DNA of 64,000 nucleotides. Origin: Dicyema japonicum. Taxonomy: Eukaryota > Animalia > Dicyemida. The notes beneath the pieces are model-generated. The model was given only the letters and a program-made list of their open reading frames with translations. It did no database searches and was not told the DNA's origin. The stretch is from positions 304,094 to 368,093 of the forward strand of contig RDEW01000030.1 of NCBI GenBank assembly GCA_011109175.1, written 5' to 3'. This document shows, in pieces, positions 48,414-60,199 of this stretch (positions are counted from its first letter, which is position 1; every line of letters begins with the position of its first letter). Made by a program: the position numbers and the translations under genes.

Positions 48414-51156
48414 TTATTTTTTAATAAAATACTTATAAGTTTTAATCTCCCTGACCAAACCCTCTGATGAAGATTGCATTATGAAAACTTTTCCGCTAAA
48501 GAATGAAGTGATGTCCGCGACGGTAGGACGTGGGACAAAAATGGAAGAGGGCGGATCTACTTCTCCACCTCTCTTCGGAAGCGGAAGCCTGTAATGAAAT
48601 ATTGGAAGATGGAGTTGGACGGCACAAGCAGATGTTCTCCCTTTAGTTCCTTCCTTGGATTAGTTAGTTATGACTGCTTGTGCTGGGCTTACAATGGTAA
48701 GCCCTGACGATTTGCAAGGAAATGCGTTCCTTTTTCTCTTATCGTTTTTTTTTCGCGATGAGTGAGCTGATCATGTTTAGCAGATTCAGTGACCTGCTTC
48801 CAATGATTCCTGTCGTTTTAACTGCCACTGGTTCGAAAATGAATTGTCCTCCAAGACATGAGTATTTTTTATCTTTAGGGTCTCTGCCTTCTCCGCAGCA
48901 GAACCTGGGTCAGTTTATGTCGTTGAAAGGTTAGAGGGAGATTGACACAGGTGGCGTCCAAGCAAGTATTTATCATTCTCCCTGGGAAGAGAGTGGTTCC
49001 GTCCAGTCTTTGGTTGGCTTGAGCAAATACAAGAGGCTCCAATTGGACAGGAAATCCGGCAGCCTTAAGTCCCTAAGCAATGACTCCATTTGTTGTGGCG
49101 TGCCTAGGACTCCTTCCAGCACTCGCGAAGACATGTGAAACTTTCTAAAATAAAGTATGCTCTTGGTAAAAAAACCAAAAAGACTATGCTCTGTTTTCTC
49201 AGAGATGTTAACGCAACGCGGAGAACAGTTGATCATCTGACAACCGGTATAGCGGATGCTAAACTCCAACTATATCTGAAGCCATAAGGAAATTGCTAGA
49301 TATATAACTAAGGCCCCGTTTGTGGCACACGTTTCAAAATTTGTTTCACCAGGCGTCTCCATCGGGCTCTGCTTTGTTCATCTGTTCGTAGATCCTCTAT
49401 GTATTCTGCAGATTTAAGTTTTCTTCCAATTCCATTAAGATCCTTGTTTAGAGCCACAGGGAGAGTGACTCTAGGCTTTCCTCTGAACGATGGTTTGTTC
49501 TCATTGTTAAAGTAATTGTTCATTATTATATTTCAGGTTGAGGTGGTGACGACGTCTCTATTGTACTCTCTTATTCGTATTCCTTACCGACTTCTCCGTT
49601 CACTCTGGGATCTTTTAATTGCAGAGGACTTAAACAGCCTTACAAGAAACACCAACTGGCCGATGTAACAAAATACGACGTCTCTGTCTACAAAATACAA
49701 AAACGACCGTACAATATACAGAACTGTTTAGAAAATTCCACCTTTTTACCCTCTCATCGACCTGCCGACATTATGGTCTCGGATTTGCAGTCCATCAAGA
49801 CCTGACTCACTGTGTTACAAGAGTGTGGGCAGCATCTAATATTATAGTGGAAATGGCGGACGACCTAGACTATCTAAGAGAACTAGCGCGCAACAGAGGA
49901 TCATGGTAGAGGCTGACGGAGAGGATGATTAAGAATACGGCACAAGGAAACTTTATGTTTTCTCGGGAGTGCTTTTTAATAATAATTAATAATTATATTT
50001 CAGGGGCATTTTTTGATTGAACTGGCTGGAAGCGTGTTTTTTAAATTATGTCTTTTTCACACATATCGAATAATCTGTTCACATTGACTCAAAAAGTTAA
50101 AGAAATTAAAGGGGCATTAAATCCAAACAATTTTCTAACGATGGAGCAAGAATCTGAGTGGATCGATAGACTAGAAAAGTTTCATTATTAATTTATTTAT
50201 TTATTAACCCCGGATACACCGAGAAAGAAGTTAAAGTAAACAACTAATTAAGTGTATCCAGTTTCCACTTCTACAGAAACAGAGCCCATCCGGAATCAAC
50301 ATAAAGGGTAAGACGTCCATTACATGTAGTTGTGAAAACCCCTCCAGTGGAGTGGGGGAAAGCAAATAATCTTTTTTCATGCCGGCCTGGCAATGGGCGT
50401 CACCTAGACAGGTAAATCACATGACGCCACTCTATTAGGAAGAGAGAGGAACAGACAAGCAAGCAGAAAAATAAACCAATTAACCACGCAGCACCACATG
50501 GCGCCACGCAGTAAAATCATAAATATGACCTATATTGCTTATTGTTATAACTTTGGATAGCTTAGTATCCTCGTTTTTAAGAAGACTCGGATATGCAAAT
50601 ATATCCAGGTTACTTCACTCAAGAAAACGCCGGAGAGTGTGTGCGTAGAATACAAACATGGATTTCAAGAATACTCGAAACCTCGGGATTAAGAGGAAGA
50701 CTTTATTTGAAGTTAGCTACAAAGGAAAACAATTATTAACCCCCTAAATTCTTAATAGTCAATACAAATCCGTCTACCACACAATATAAGAATGGCATGT
50801 ATTTGTTATCCTCCAAATAACAACGTTAACTTGATTGAAGATTTCAAATCGTTTCGTCTGTTCTTCCTCTCCCCTTTTCGACTAAAATGGCGTCATATCA
50901 CCCACTTGTCATAGTGCCCAGTGCCAAGGTGGCACGAAAGAGGATAATTTGATTAGCCTTCCACATAATCTCTTTTTAGAGTATTGAGAATATTATAATG
51001 CACCTGGTTGTCACACCCTTTGATTACAGGAGTATAACACTTGACACGTGTTAATAATTCATCTTAGTAATCTTTAACGAACGACTCCAAATAGCTCATT
51101 TGTGGTATTTCTGAGTAGTTTTCTAAGTGTGCTAACATCACCAAGGGAATCAAATA

Positions 51157-53230
51157 CAGTAAACCTTCATTAATCCGAACTTTAATAATCCGATTTTTTG
51201 ATAATAATAATAGATCTTCACTTCTTTTTTTTTTCTTGTGTATGGGTCCTTTCTAGACAATCCAGTTCTGCAGTGAGTATCCACTGATGACGGCGTCACT
51301 CGTCAAACCTTTTTTGCATCGTAGATGCGTGGAACCTTCCACCAGGTGAACAGCAGCGAGAATCGAACCCGTAACATAAGTCACTTTAGCGCGACACCTA
51401 ACCACTACGCCACCCGGATTTTTTTGATGAGTTAGCAAAATTTTACAAAGTTTCCTTCCAAACAGGCTTCAATAAACCGAAACTTCATAATCTGCAATCC
51501 GAAGACATTTATTAAAAATTTCGGATTAATTTATTTTGTTTTATCATACATTCAGATGAATTTACATTTAAATTTAAATCTAACAGTACCAAATTGTTTA
51601 AAAAAATAAGTAATATTTGTGAAATAAAAATACATCAAATATGACTCAGAATTATCCCATATCTGTGAAATAAAAATGAACCCTTATTTGGGATTTTCTA
51701 CACTTTCAAATATTCTAAAAAACCGTGAATGAAAACTGTGAAACTACGATTAACAAGTCAAGACAGCCAAGTGGTAAACATCATCAACTTGATAATCCAC
51801 TTGTTGAATGGATGAAATTAATGGTTTTATTACGGAAGATATCATCATTTCACAAGCTAAAGTATTCGGTGAAAAGCTTGGAATCAATGATTTTGAGGTT
51901 AGCAAAGGCTACACAGATTTAAAGGAAGATTTAATCTTAAACTAAAATAAAAGTTCTTCATGGAGGAGCTAACAGCTTAACACAAGATGAAATTAATTTG
52001 AATAGACAAAATGATTAGTTAAAAGAAGTGACCCTGACGTATTGGTAAAAATAGATGAAACTAGACTCTTTTTTCATTCTTACCCTACGAATCGTTACAC
52101 GAACAGGAGATCCTCGTAAGCGTTGCTGGTTATTTGAGCGAATCTCCCTCGCTATCCTGAGAGGGAATAGCCACGCAGTCAGGTCAGCCGCTATATAACC
52201 GTTTACTCTTTCTTCTTTCCTTAATAAAAGTTTATTATCTTACCCTTCTAGAACAATTTCATCTAAAGATAGAAATGGCATAAAGCAATCAAAAGTAGAA
52301 TTACTATAGCTCTTTGTGCTAATGAAACTGGAACAATAAAAATTAATCTTTTTTATTGGCCATAATAAAAGACCAAGATTTTAAAAGATTTTGACTTTGA
52401 AAATTACTGTACCATGTAAATAAAAGGCTTTGAATGAGAACAGAATTTTTTAATGTTTTCATCAGTCATCATAGTGATGAATTAAAATGCTACAGAAAAA
52501 AGTTCTTTTTGCTGATTGGTAATGCTCCACGTTTGAACGAAATTTTTTAAAAATTGAAATTTTATTCTTTCCAAAAACAAAACTGCACATCTTCAACCAT
52601 GGATGCAGGCATAATGAAGAACTTTAAGCACTATTGTAGAAAAAGCTTATTTTGGATTATATACCCTTGATTTTTTATTGTCAGCCATTTTATTAACAAC
52701 AAATAAATTAATTTAGACAATAATTAGAAAGACAGAATGGCGAAGGCGTTATTTCTGATAATCGCCATTTCGAGCCTCTGCCTCAACTAGAGTCCCTCCC
52801 GTGGCTACCCTTGATTTGGAAAAAGAATTTTTTGTGAATTTACGGAAAGCCATCAATATGATGTCTCACACACGAAGTAAAGAAGACCATAAAAATTGTT
52901 TTAAAAAGACTGAGGCAATTAAATGTCTTGATTAATTTGCTAATGGAGATATAACGCAAGATCCTGTTTTGAATGAGTATCGAAAGAACTGAAATTGCTA
53001 ATGAATAAAAAATAACTCAAACAGAAGTGCTCGACGAGAACAAAATCGTCACTCTTTGTGAAGATTATAATGTTGACGAGGAAATTATTGATGCTAAAAT
53101 TGGGAGATTACTTTGTGAAAACATAAATATTGACTGCAATGAAATTAACATGTTTATTCCCTTCACATCCGAAAGGCATCCAATTTTTTTAGTTCAGATT
53201 TTTTTTTTATTAAAGGAAAATTTATTAATG
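51157..53230 (+). mobile_element. pogo/Tigger-like transposon, decayed, with three nested retro-insertions
   Basis: TA+CAGTAAACC terminus; QLDNPLVEWM (CENP-B HTH), RITIALCANETG and QPWDAGIMKNFK (DDE_1). Nested SINE 51203-51418 and CRE tails 52087-52237 and 52674-52805. Confidence 0.8.
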
Positions 53231-53536
53231 AAAAAGAGTTCATAATTAAGGCATCTGAATGGCCATGCTATTTCCCCTAACAATAGCCAACGAGATACGT
53301 TCTCGATTAATGAGTGTTTACTGTGTATGCTTAGAATGGACTGACCTATTGAAATCGCTACCTAACAATCGGTAATCATGAAAGAGATTTACATGAAAAA
53401 TTCTGTCAGTTCGTTCTTATGTTGAACTACAAGTATCATGGTACTCGGGAAACACCTTATAATATGGATACTTTCCAATATTAGAATAAATTATTACAAG
53501 AAAAAAACTCGAAAAAACTAGAATACGAGAAAACAA

Positions 53537-53991
53537 TTATTTCTTATTCGCATTAGAATTGGGCCCAATCCTTCTCCCAGTAGTGATTTTAACGGATTTC
53601 AGCCTCTTGTTATATTGCTCCCTTCTATGGGATCTTCCTGTCTTTCCCCTTTTCTTTTCGGACTTTGGAATCTAACCGTGTTATTAACATGGATAAACTT
53701 TTGGAGTACGGTTCCTGACTTTACCCACGTGCATCAGTGAACCGTGTTGACGACCACCAACGCACTTCACCATTAAGTTCATAGATTTGGAAGGAAGATC
53801 TTTCACAGAGTCAGAATCCAAATAAACGTGACTGCTTGAAAACAGAACTTGATCAGAGGATTCAATACCATACTTAACGAACAGGGATTTCTTAAATGAA
53901 GTTACTAGTATACCTTAATATCTGCTACAGTATCATCATTGCCAGCGTTGATAACAAATGATTTCTCAATTCCTTTTACAATCAACTGCAT
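53537..53991 (-). CDS. FAU: FUBI-ribosomal protein eS30 fusion, 134 aa, 2 coding introns; absent from ORF track
   Basis: Introns 53891-53913 (23) and 53672-53698 (27); probable 23-nt 5' UTR intron 53994-54016. MQLIVKG...TVADIKKSL (ubiquitin-like)...CVGG followed by [41 protein letters not shown]...GPNSN. Confidence 0.93.
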
Positions 53992-56186
53992 TTCTATATT
54001 TAGTCACCAAAACAACCACGACAAAACTACTAACACGTTTTATTAATTTTTTAATAATTTAATAATAATATAAAATTTATTATTTTTTATAGAATATAAT
54101 TAGCAAATAAGAAGATTGGTAGGCCACCCTTCTGAAAGTCGTAGAAGGGTAGGGAATGTCGAATGGTACTTTTTCATGCAGAACTCGCATCGAACGCCAC
54201 CACAACAAGCTAGGAATGAGACCACGCTAAAAAACTATATCGGAGGAACATTCAAAAAGAATTCGCGAGATGTTAGACGTTGGGATCACCTTTCTTTCTT
54301 GGTGGTTTTGTGGTTTTAAAATAAATACGGACAAAAGAGAGCCTCCTCATACGATGATGTGACAGGGTAAGAGGAGAGAATGGTTCGTTTTCATGTCTAT
54401 TATCACTTGGCTCTGCCACATTGGTTGAACCTCTTGACGTGCAGGATCACCTAATTAGCTTTTTCAGTGGATAGAGAGCAAGGGTCTTGTCGAGAAGTTC
54501 CAAGGGGAGGTCACGTTTGACTCTCTCACGACCTTTAGACATCAAGTAAGCAACGTGTTGTCGTCTTGCTAAAGAAAACTCAACTTCATAAAGGAACTCT
54601 CGGATAATACAGGAGCTCTTTCTCTACGAAAGCAAGTTCCCTATATACCCAGTACATTGACTCGACCATCAGCTATGCAATAAATCTCGCCAATTCCATT
54701 AAGAAATCTTCATCTTTAGTAATTTGAGGTCTTAGACGTTTTCCTGAAAGTCCCTATATCCTTCGAGACCTTAATCTCACGTGAACCTTTTACCAGTAAC
54801 ACAAGTCTACATGGTGTGGATGGGATCCTGTGAAGAAGATTAAGTGGTTACTTATGAATGTTGAGTTGTGACCTAGTTCGAAGTCTTTATGACGGATGTA
54901 ATCCTTTGCCCTCGTTCTTTCTTGAATTGAGCAACTCGCAATATACTAACGTTCCTGATCCGAATCCCACCTGGGCGAAAGTTCGGGAAAGCTTATATAA
55001 GGGAGACCCACATAGAGGGTACACAGCTGACATAATTGTTGTCATGATAATTTGGATATTAATTTTGTTACTTTGGCGCTCATTTTCACAGCTAAACGTC
55101 TAAAGATATAGTTCTTGCCAGTGGAACTATGAGAATCCGGTTCTACGCCCGATACGTGCTTGTTTTGGCTCGAAGGAGGAACAGCAGGCCAAGATGAGGT
55201 CTCTACTAAAGTGTACTGGGATCACGTGAGTAGTTAGTCTGTTTTATCACGGTCATTGGAGTTTTCACGTCATTTCGAATCAAATTAATAAATTATATTC
55301 CAGAGATCACGTAAAATTTTAAGTCATGTGATCCCTCTGTCTCATGAAACGCCCAATGGTGGTGATGCAAAAAGATCTCTATTCTCTACTCTACTAAATG
55401 GGTTACAGCTGCGAATGTGAATAGACTTGTTGCTTGGAAAGGATGTGTCTTCTTCGACCGTGGGAACTAGATATACCATAATTAACCGTTAATTAACTTT
55501 TAACCTCTTTCCACTAATCCGAGTTATTAAATCTATGTGAAAATTCGAGGTACTATAAATTCTCTATAGCGATTAGGTGATAAATCGAGCGTCTTCACAA
55601 TAACGCAATTTTAGGTCAGAATTACGATCAATTGCCTAGAGAAGCACAAGTTTTACTTCCGTTTCTGGTGCTTTGTGTAGATACGGTATTAAATGGCAGA
55701 CAAAAACAACAATTAACGGATTTTACATTTCCGTGAATAAATATTTGTAAAACGTTTCTTTATATATAGAACACTCTCTCAAAGCTTAGATTACGAGACA
55801 ACTTGAGCGATAAAGAAAAATCTTTATCTTTTCTCAGGAGGCTGGGACGCCTGGTTACATTCAGAAGTCATGACTGGTTACTCTGGTTACTCCAGGAAAG
55901 CAGAGGCTCCTCCGGTTAATCTCGATTGATAAATAATATGAACTTAAAGATCACCTGTCTGAAGCTACACGTGCAGAATGATAGTTGATATGACTATATG
56001 TAAGTTGCTAACAAAAATCATTTTTTGTACATTTCATCTATTTGAACTGAAATAATTAAACTAACAGATAAATCACCCATAATTGGATGAGATCGATTCA
56101 AAGATAATGATAATGTATAACAAGGCACATTATTAGCTGCGTGCAATAATTCATATAATTACGGTCAATAGTCCATATTTGAAACT

Positions 56187-58023
56187 ATGTGGTGCTTTAT
56201 TTTTTATTTTTTGCTGAATTTTGTTTCGGGTAGTTTTATCCACCAATCTAAAGGCACGTCTTTATTTCTCTCCAATTCTAAAATTTATGCCAAAAGCGGT
56301 GATTCCAAAAACGTGATATGTACAGTCGGTCCGACAGTGTCTTCTCTTTTTATTATGTGGTACCAAAATGGGGTTGAAGTTAAACAATCGTTGATAATAT
56401 TTTTACGTCTAGAAATGTAATATATTCACTCTAAGATCGACCTCATCCTCCACTTTATACTTCAATAATATAATGCCTTCAATGGCTGGAGTATACAAGT
56501 GCGCATATGGGAACTCGACCTACAACCTGACTCAGGTACCATTTCACCTGTATGTGGATGGTGAGTTGTACATATATTGTGTAGAGGCAATCATCAGTTT
56601 TCCGAACTGTTCAATGACTGACTACATGACTGTCAATATATCCCACACTTACACGTGCATTCCAAGGATAACAAATCAACTCCAGTCGGCCATATTTTGG
56701 GTTAAAGAAATGAATGGTCTGACATATCAAATCTGTGAGTGACGATGTGATATATTTTAGATAATTGTTCCAAAATCCGAATCACGGCCAATTCGATTAC
56801 GTTTAATAACCCCCAACTGAATAATGAAGGAAAATATTCGATGACTGTCTTCAATCCTTCCGAGATTAAATCCTTCTCCATTTCAATATTTGTTAATAGT
56901 AATAAGGCTACTAATCCACTAGCTCCCCCGTTGGTTACTAAGTTTCTAAATGTGACTACAGCAGTCAATACAGTGGGCTGGATCAGCTGTTCAAGTTATG
57001 GGCGTCCCCAGCCGAATATTTCAATTACCTTAAATAATATGGTTATAGCAGAATTTACATAAAGACTTACATGGAACACAATTTATCAGTAAATGCCATA
57101 AATTACACCAAAACTGCATCTCTATCGGTTAATGTCTCCATTCCTGGAATACACCATGCCTTCTGCTACGCACAAAACATGATTGGAAACTCTTCATCTT
57201 CCGCTTTTCTGGAATTTGGATGTTCCGAGTACTTCTCACCTTTAGATAAACCGGGTCCCATTTCATTTCGAAACATATCATGGGGGAGCTTATCATCGAA
57301 TAAAATTGTCTTCAATACTGCAAACATGACGGACTATAAAATCAAAATATTTATTTACGTATTCTTGTGGTTATTTCAGCAAAATTCTACCAACGACACA
57401 GGCTATGAAATCAACCAAACCACGTTTTATATCACAAACGTAACAAAAAACACCAGCTATACCTTCAAAGCATATATCGAAAACAGGTATGGAATGTCCC
57501 GGGTATTCAACACAACGTTCGTCCCACTATTCGGTTACCATAGCACCAAATAATGTTAGGAATTCCGGATAAAGTCAGTTCTCTAACATTCATGGACAAT
57601 AGCATCGTATTATGGACTCCTCCGAACGAGAATGGATACAACATAACACACTACGTCATTCATTATAACATGGTAGTGCCCATTCTATAATTAGATTAAC
57701 GAAATTGTGTTAAACGGGGACACGAATACTTGCGATCTATCATCTTTGATGACCCCTGGAGTTGACCATAATTTTGCTATATCTGCTGTAAATAAAGTAG
57801 GGAGATCTAAAGTGAATTATTTTGTACTAAAAATCCCCAGTATTTGTAATTTTATTTACTAGCGACAACGACATCGACATCAATGCGCACAGTGCATCAC
57901 ACAACGAGTACTCAGATTCATACGACGGTGTTCACCATCAGAAAAAAGAAAAAACCTGTTGACGTGAAAATTTTGAGTGGAAAATTGGCTCTTATTAATT
58001 TAATATTTATTATAATTTTCTAA
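56187..58023 (+). CDS. Ig-superfamily surface glycoprotein: signal peptide, 3 Ig, 2 FN3, Thr-rich stalk, probable GPI signal; 529 aa, 10 introns
   Basis: Introns 56379-56412 (34), 56561-56584 (24), 56735-56760 (26), 56899-56922 (24), 57042-57064 (23), 57222-57245 (24), 57359-57379 (21), 57534-57559 (26), 57673-57694 (22), 57840-57862 (23) give 1590 nt. Ig motifs ICTV..WYQNG..GVYKC and WISCSSYGRPQPNI..FCYAQN; FN3 motifs YTFKAYIENRYG and WTPPNENG..NFAISAVNKVG; ends KLALINLIFIIIF-stop. Confidence 0.85.
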
Positions 58024-58229
58024 AAGTGATTAATTTATCTAACAAATTGACAAAAATCGAGTAAAAATTTGTCACGGGCAACTTACGCTACACCGCTTAT
58101 TTATTATTAATAGCAATGTCCGCGGAACCAAAAAGTTAATTAATTTGAGATTTTGCCATGCATCTCAGGATACGCGCTGTAAGTCATTTCCATCCTCCTT
58201 TGTTTTCACCTGATAGTGTAGAAATCCGA

Positions 58230-59040
58230 TTCCCTAGCTAGCCATGCCCAAAGGGGAGCGAGTATTCCAGCAGGATTCCGTGAAAATCATTCTACTACGA
58301 CTCACTTAACAAAATCAATTTGGTACAATATTTTTGATTTGTGTTAAGATTAATTTTTCTAAAATTCGGGACATTGCACATAGTATTGCAATTGGACGAT
58401 ACGAAGAGGGATCGTTTGCAGGTTTGTTTGGCTTCCGAATTGGCAGAATTATGGATTTTTTCCATATAGAAGGTATCATATTATTGTTCACAGATATAGT
58501 ATAAACGTATAATAGGAATTTGGTTGCTTTTTCACCAAGGTGTTTCAGTTCCATCATCAAGACATTGTCAGCACCTCGGGAACGGGAGTTTTTGGCATCC
58601 ATGATTGCGTTTCGAACTTCTTGCGGAGTAAAGACAATCAAATCATATGACGGATACAACTTCTTCTTGTAGACTCTGTGTTCCCTCGAGAAATTTTTAT
58701 GGCTGATTGCGACATAGTGCTTCATTAAAATATTTGGGTCGATGTTACTACATCCCTGTCCATGGAGGACTTTCTCAGAGCCTTCATTGCAACGTCTCAA
58801 ATATTTAATTTTCCTCCATATCAGCGTCTCGGATGTATTTGGTGATAGAGAATCAATAAGTGATGTCCATCGCTTCTTGATTCTAAACTGGGTAACTTGT
58901 TTAATTTGTATATTCAAGGATTTCATTTTTTGGAAATCGTCATTTGACAATTCCTTTTGCTTCTTTAATTTATTTTTTTCTCTGACAAGTGTTTTTGTGT
59001 GCATATTATAATAGGCTGGACACTTAAGCATAAATTAGAA
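58230..59040 (-). mobile_element. Jockey/I-group LINE RT N-terminal fragment
   Basis: SRGADNV..LKHLG..WKKSIILPIRKPNKPANDPSSYRPIAILCAMSRILEKLIL. Confidence 0.85.
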
Positions 59041-59084
59041 AAAATATTTTTTCAATAAAACTTCAGTACTCACATTAATATTAT

Positions 59085-60170
59085 TATTATTAAGGCACTT
59101 TCACGAAAGCCATAATGATTATAGCCCCGCATGTGCAACACTTAAAGAAACAATATTTATAGTTAGTCTTTTCCATCTTCCTCTGTCGAATGCGAGTGAT
59201 CTCAATTCGTCCAGGTCGTCTCCCGTCTTTAGATTTTTTCTCACACGATTTAAGTCTTTGTTTAAGGCTGTCGGAAGTGTCGATCTAGGTCGTCCGCGGA
59301 AGGGTTTTTCGCAACTGTCAAAGTAATCTTCCATCGCTTTGTTAGCGGGTGCGTCCGGGTTCATTCTTAGTACATGCCCAAATAGCCTCCACCGGGCGTC
59401 TATCACATCCTTGCTGATGTAAGAACACATACACTTGTTGTAGATACCAGTGGTTGATATTCTACGTGGCCACTCCATTCCGAGTAAGCTTCTTAGTTGC
59501 CTTCTATGGAACGAATCCAGTTTCAATAGTTCGTTGAAGGAACTTCCCCATGTCCCAGCGTTATACAGTAGGATCGGTTTCACAAACGCGTTGTAAAGCC
59601 TGCATCTGATGTCAATTCCAAGTCCTTTGGCCCTTAGCCATCCTTTCTTCAGTTTAGCCATTGCCGCATTTGCCAGTGTTTTCCTCCTTAGTACATCTTC
59701 AGCGTCTCCTAGTAGAGAGCCGAGCTTATTAGTACGTCTCCATCTTTCATGAGTAATATCGTCTTCTCTTTTGATTTCCGTAATTTCAGTTTTGTTAACA
59801 TTTACGCTGAGAAACCATTTCTCAAGCTCCGCAGGTGCATTTTCTAGCAGGTGTTGGAGTGCGGTCACATCCCGTGATACAAAATCCACATCATCCGCAT
59901 AAGATGTCTCTTCTATGTCTCCTATATAGCATTTACGGAGGTCGCGGAGTGCAAATTCCAAGGTAATGGTAAATAGTAAAGGGGAGAGGGAATCACCCTG
60001 GGGTGTCCAATCGTTGTTTTGAAACTGCGGGAAGTTGCTTCTTCTGTCCTCACAGATAGTCTTGTGTTCGCAAGTAGTATTTTGATTATCCTAACCGACG
60101 ATTCATCCAATATTTGCTCAAGCACATTCATCAGTTTCTGTCTATTTATTAAGTCGAAAGCTCATTAATA
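59085..60170 (-). mobile_element. RTE-clade LINE 3' half with intact 3' UTR and (TAA)n tail
   Basis: QGDSLSPLLF, YADDVDFVS, LYNAFVKPILLYNAGTW, ARWRLFGHVLR, FRGRPRSTLPTALNKDL, ending AHAGL-stop. Shorter copies at 17200-17460, 30400-30740, 31050-31250, 46560-46790, 49300-49520. Confidence 0.92.
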
Positions 60171-60199
60171 GTAAATTAAAAATAAAACTCTCTATATTA

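Noticed and set aside
51345-51418. tRNA-like sequences (also 7780-7850, 20391-20460, 27145-27205)
   Set aside because: A and B boxes are present but acceptor stems do not pair; the first three continue into the SINE body. SINE heads, not tRNA genes.
2849-58023. Alternative nuclear genetic code as a reason for broken ORFs
   Set aside because: After splicing, genes have no internal stops and terminate with TAA, TAG or TGA (HYPK); the standard code suffices.
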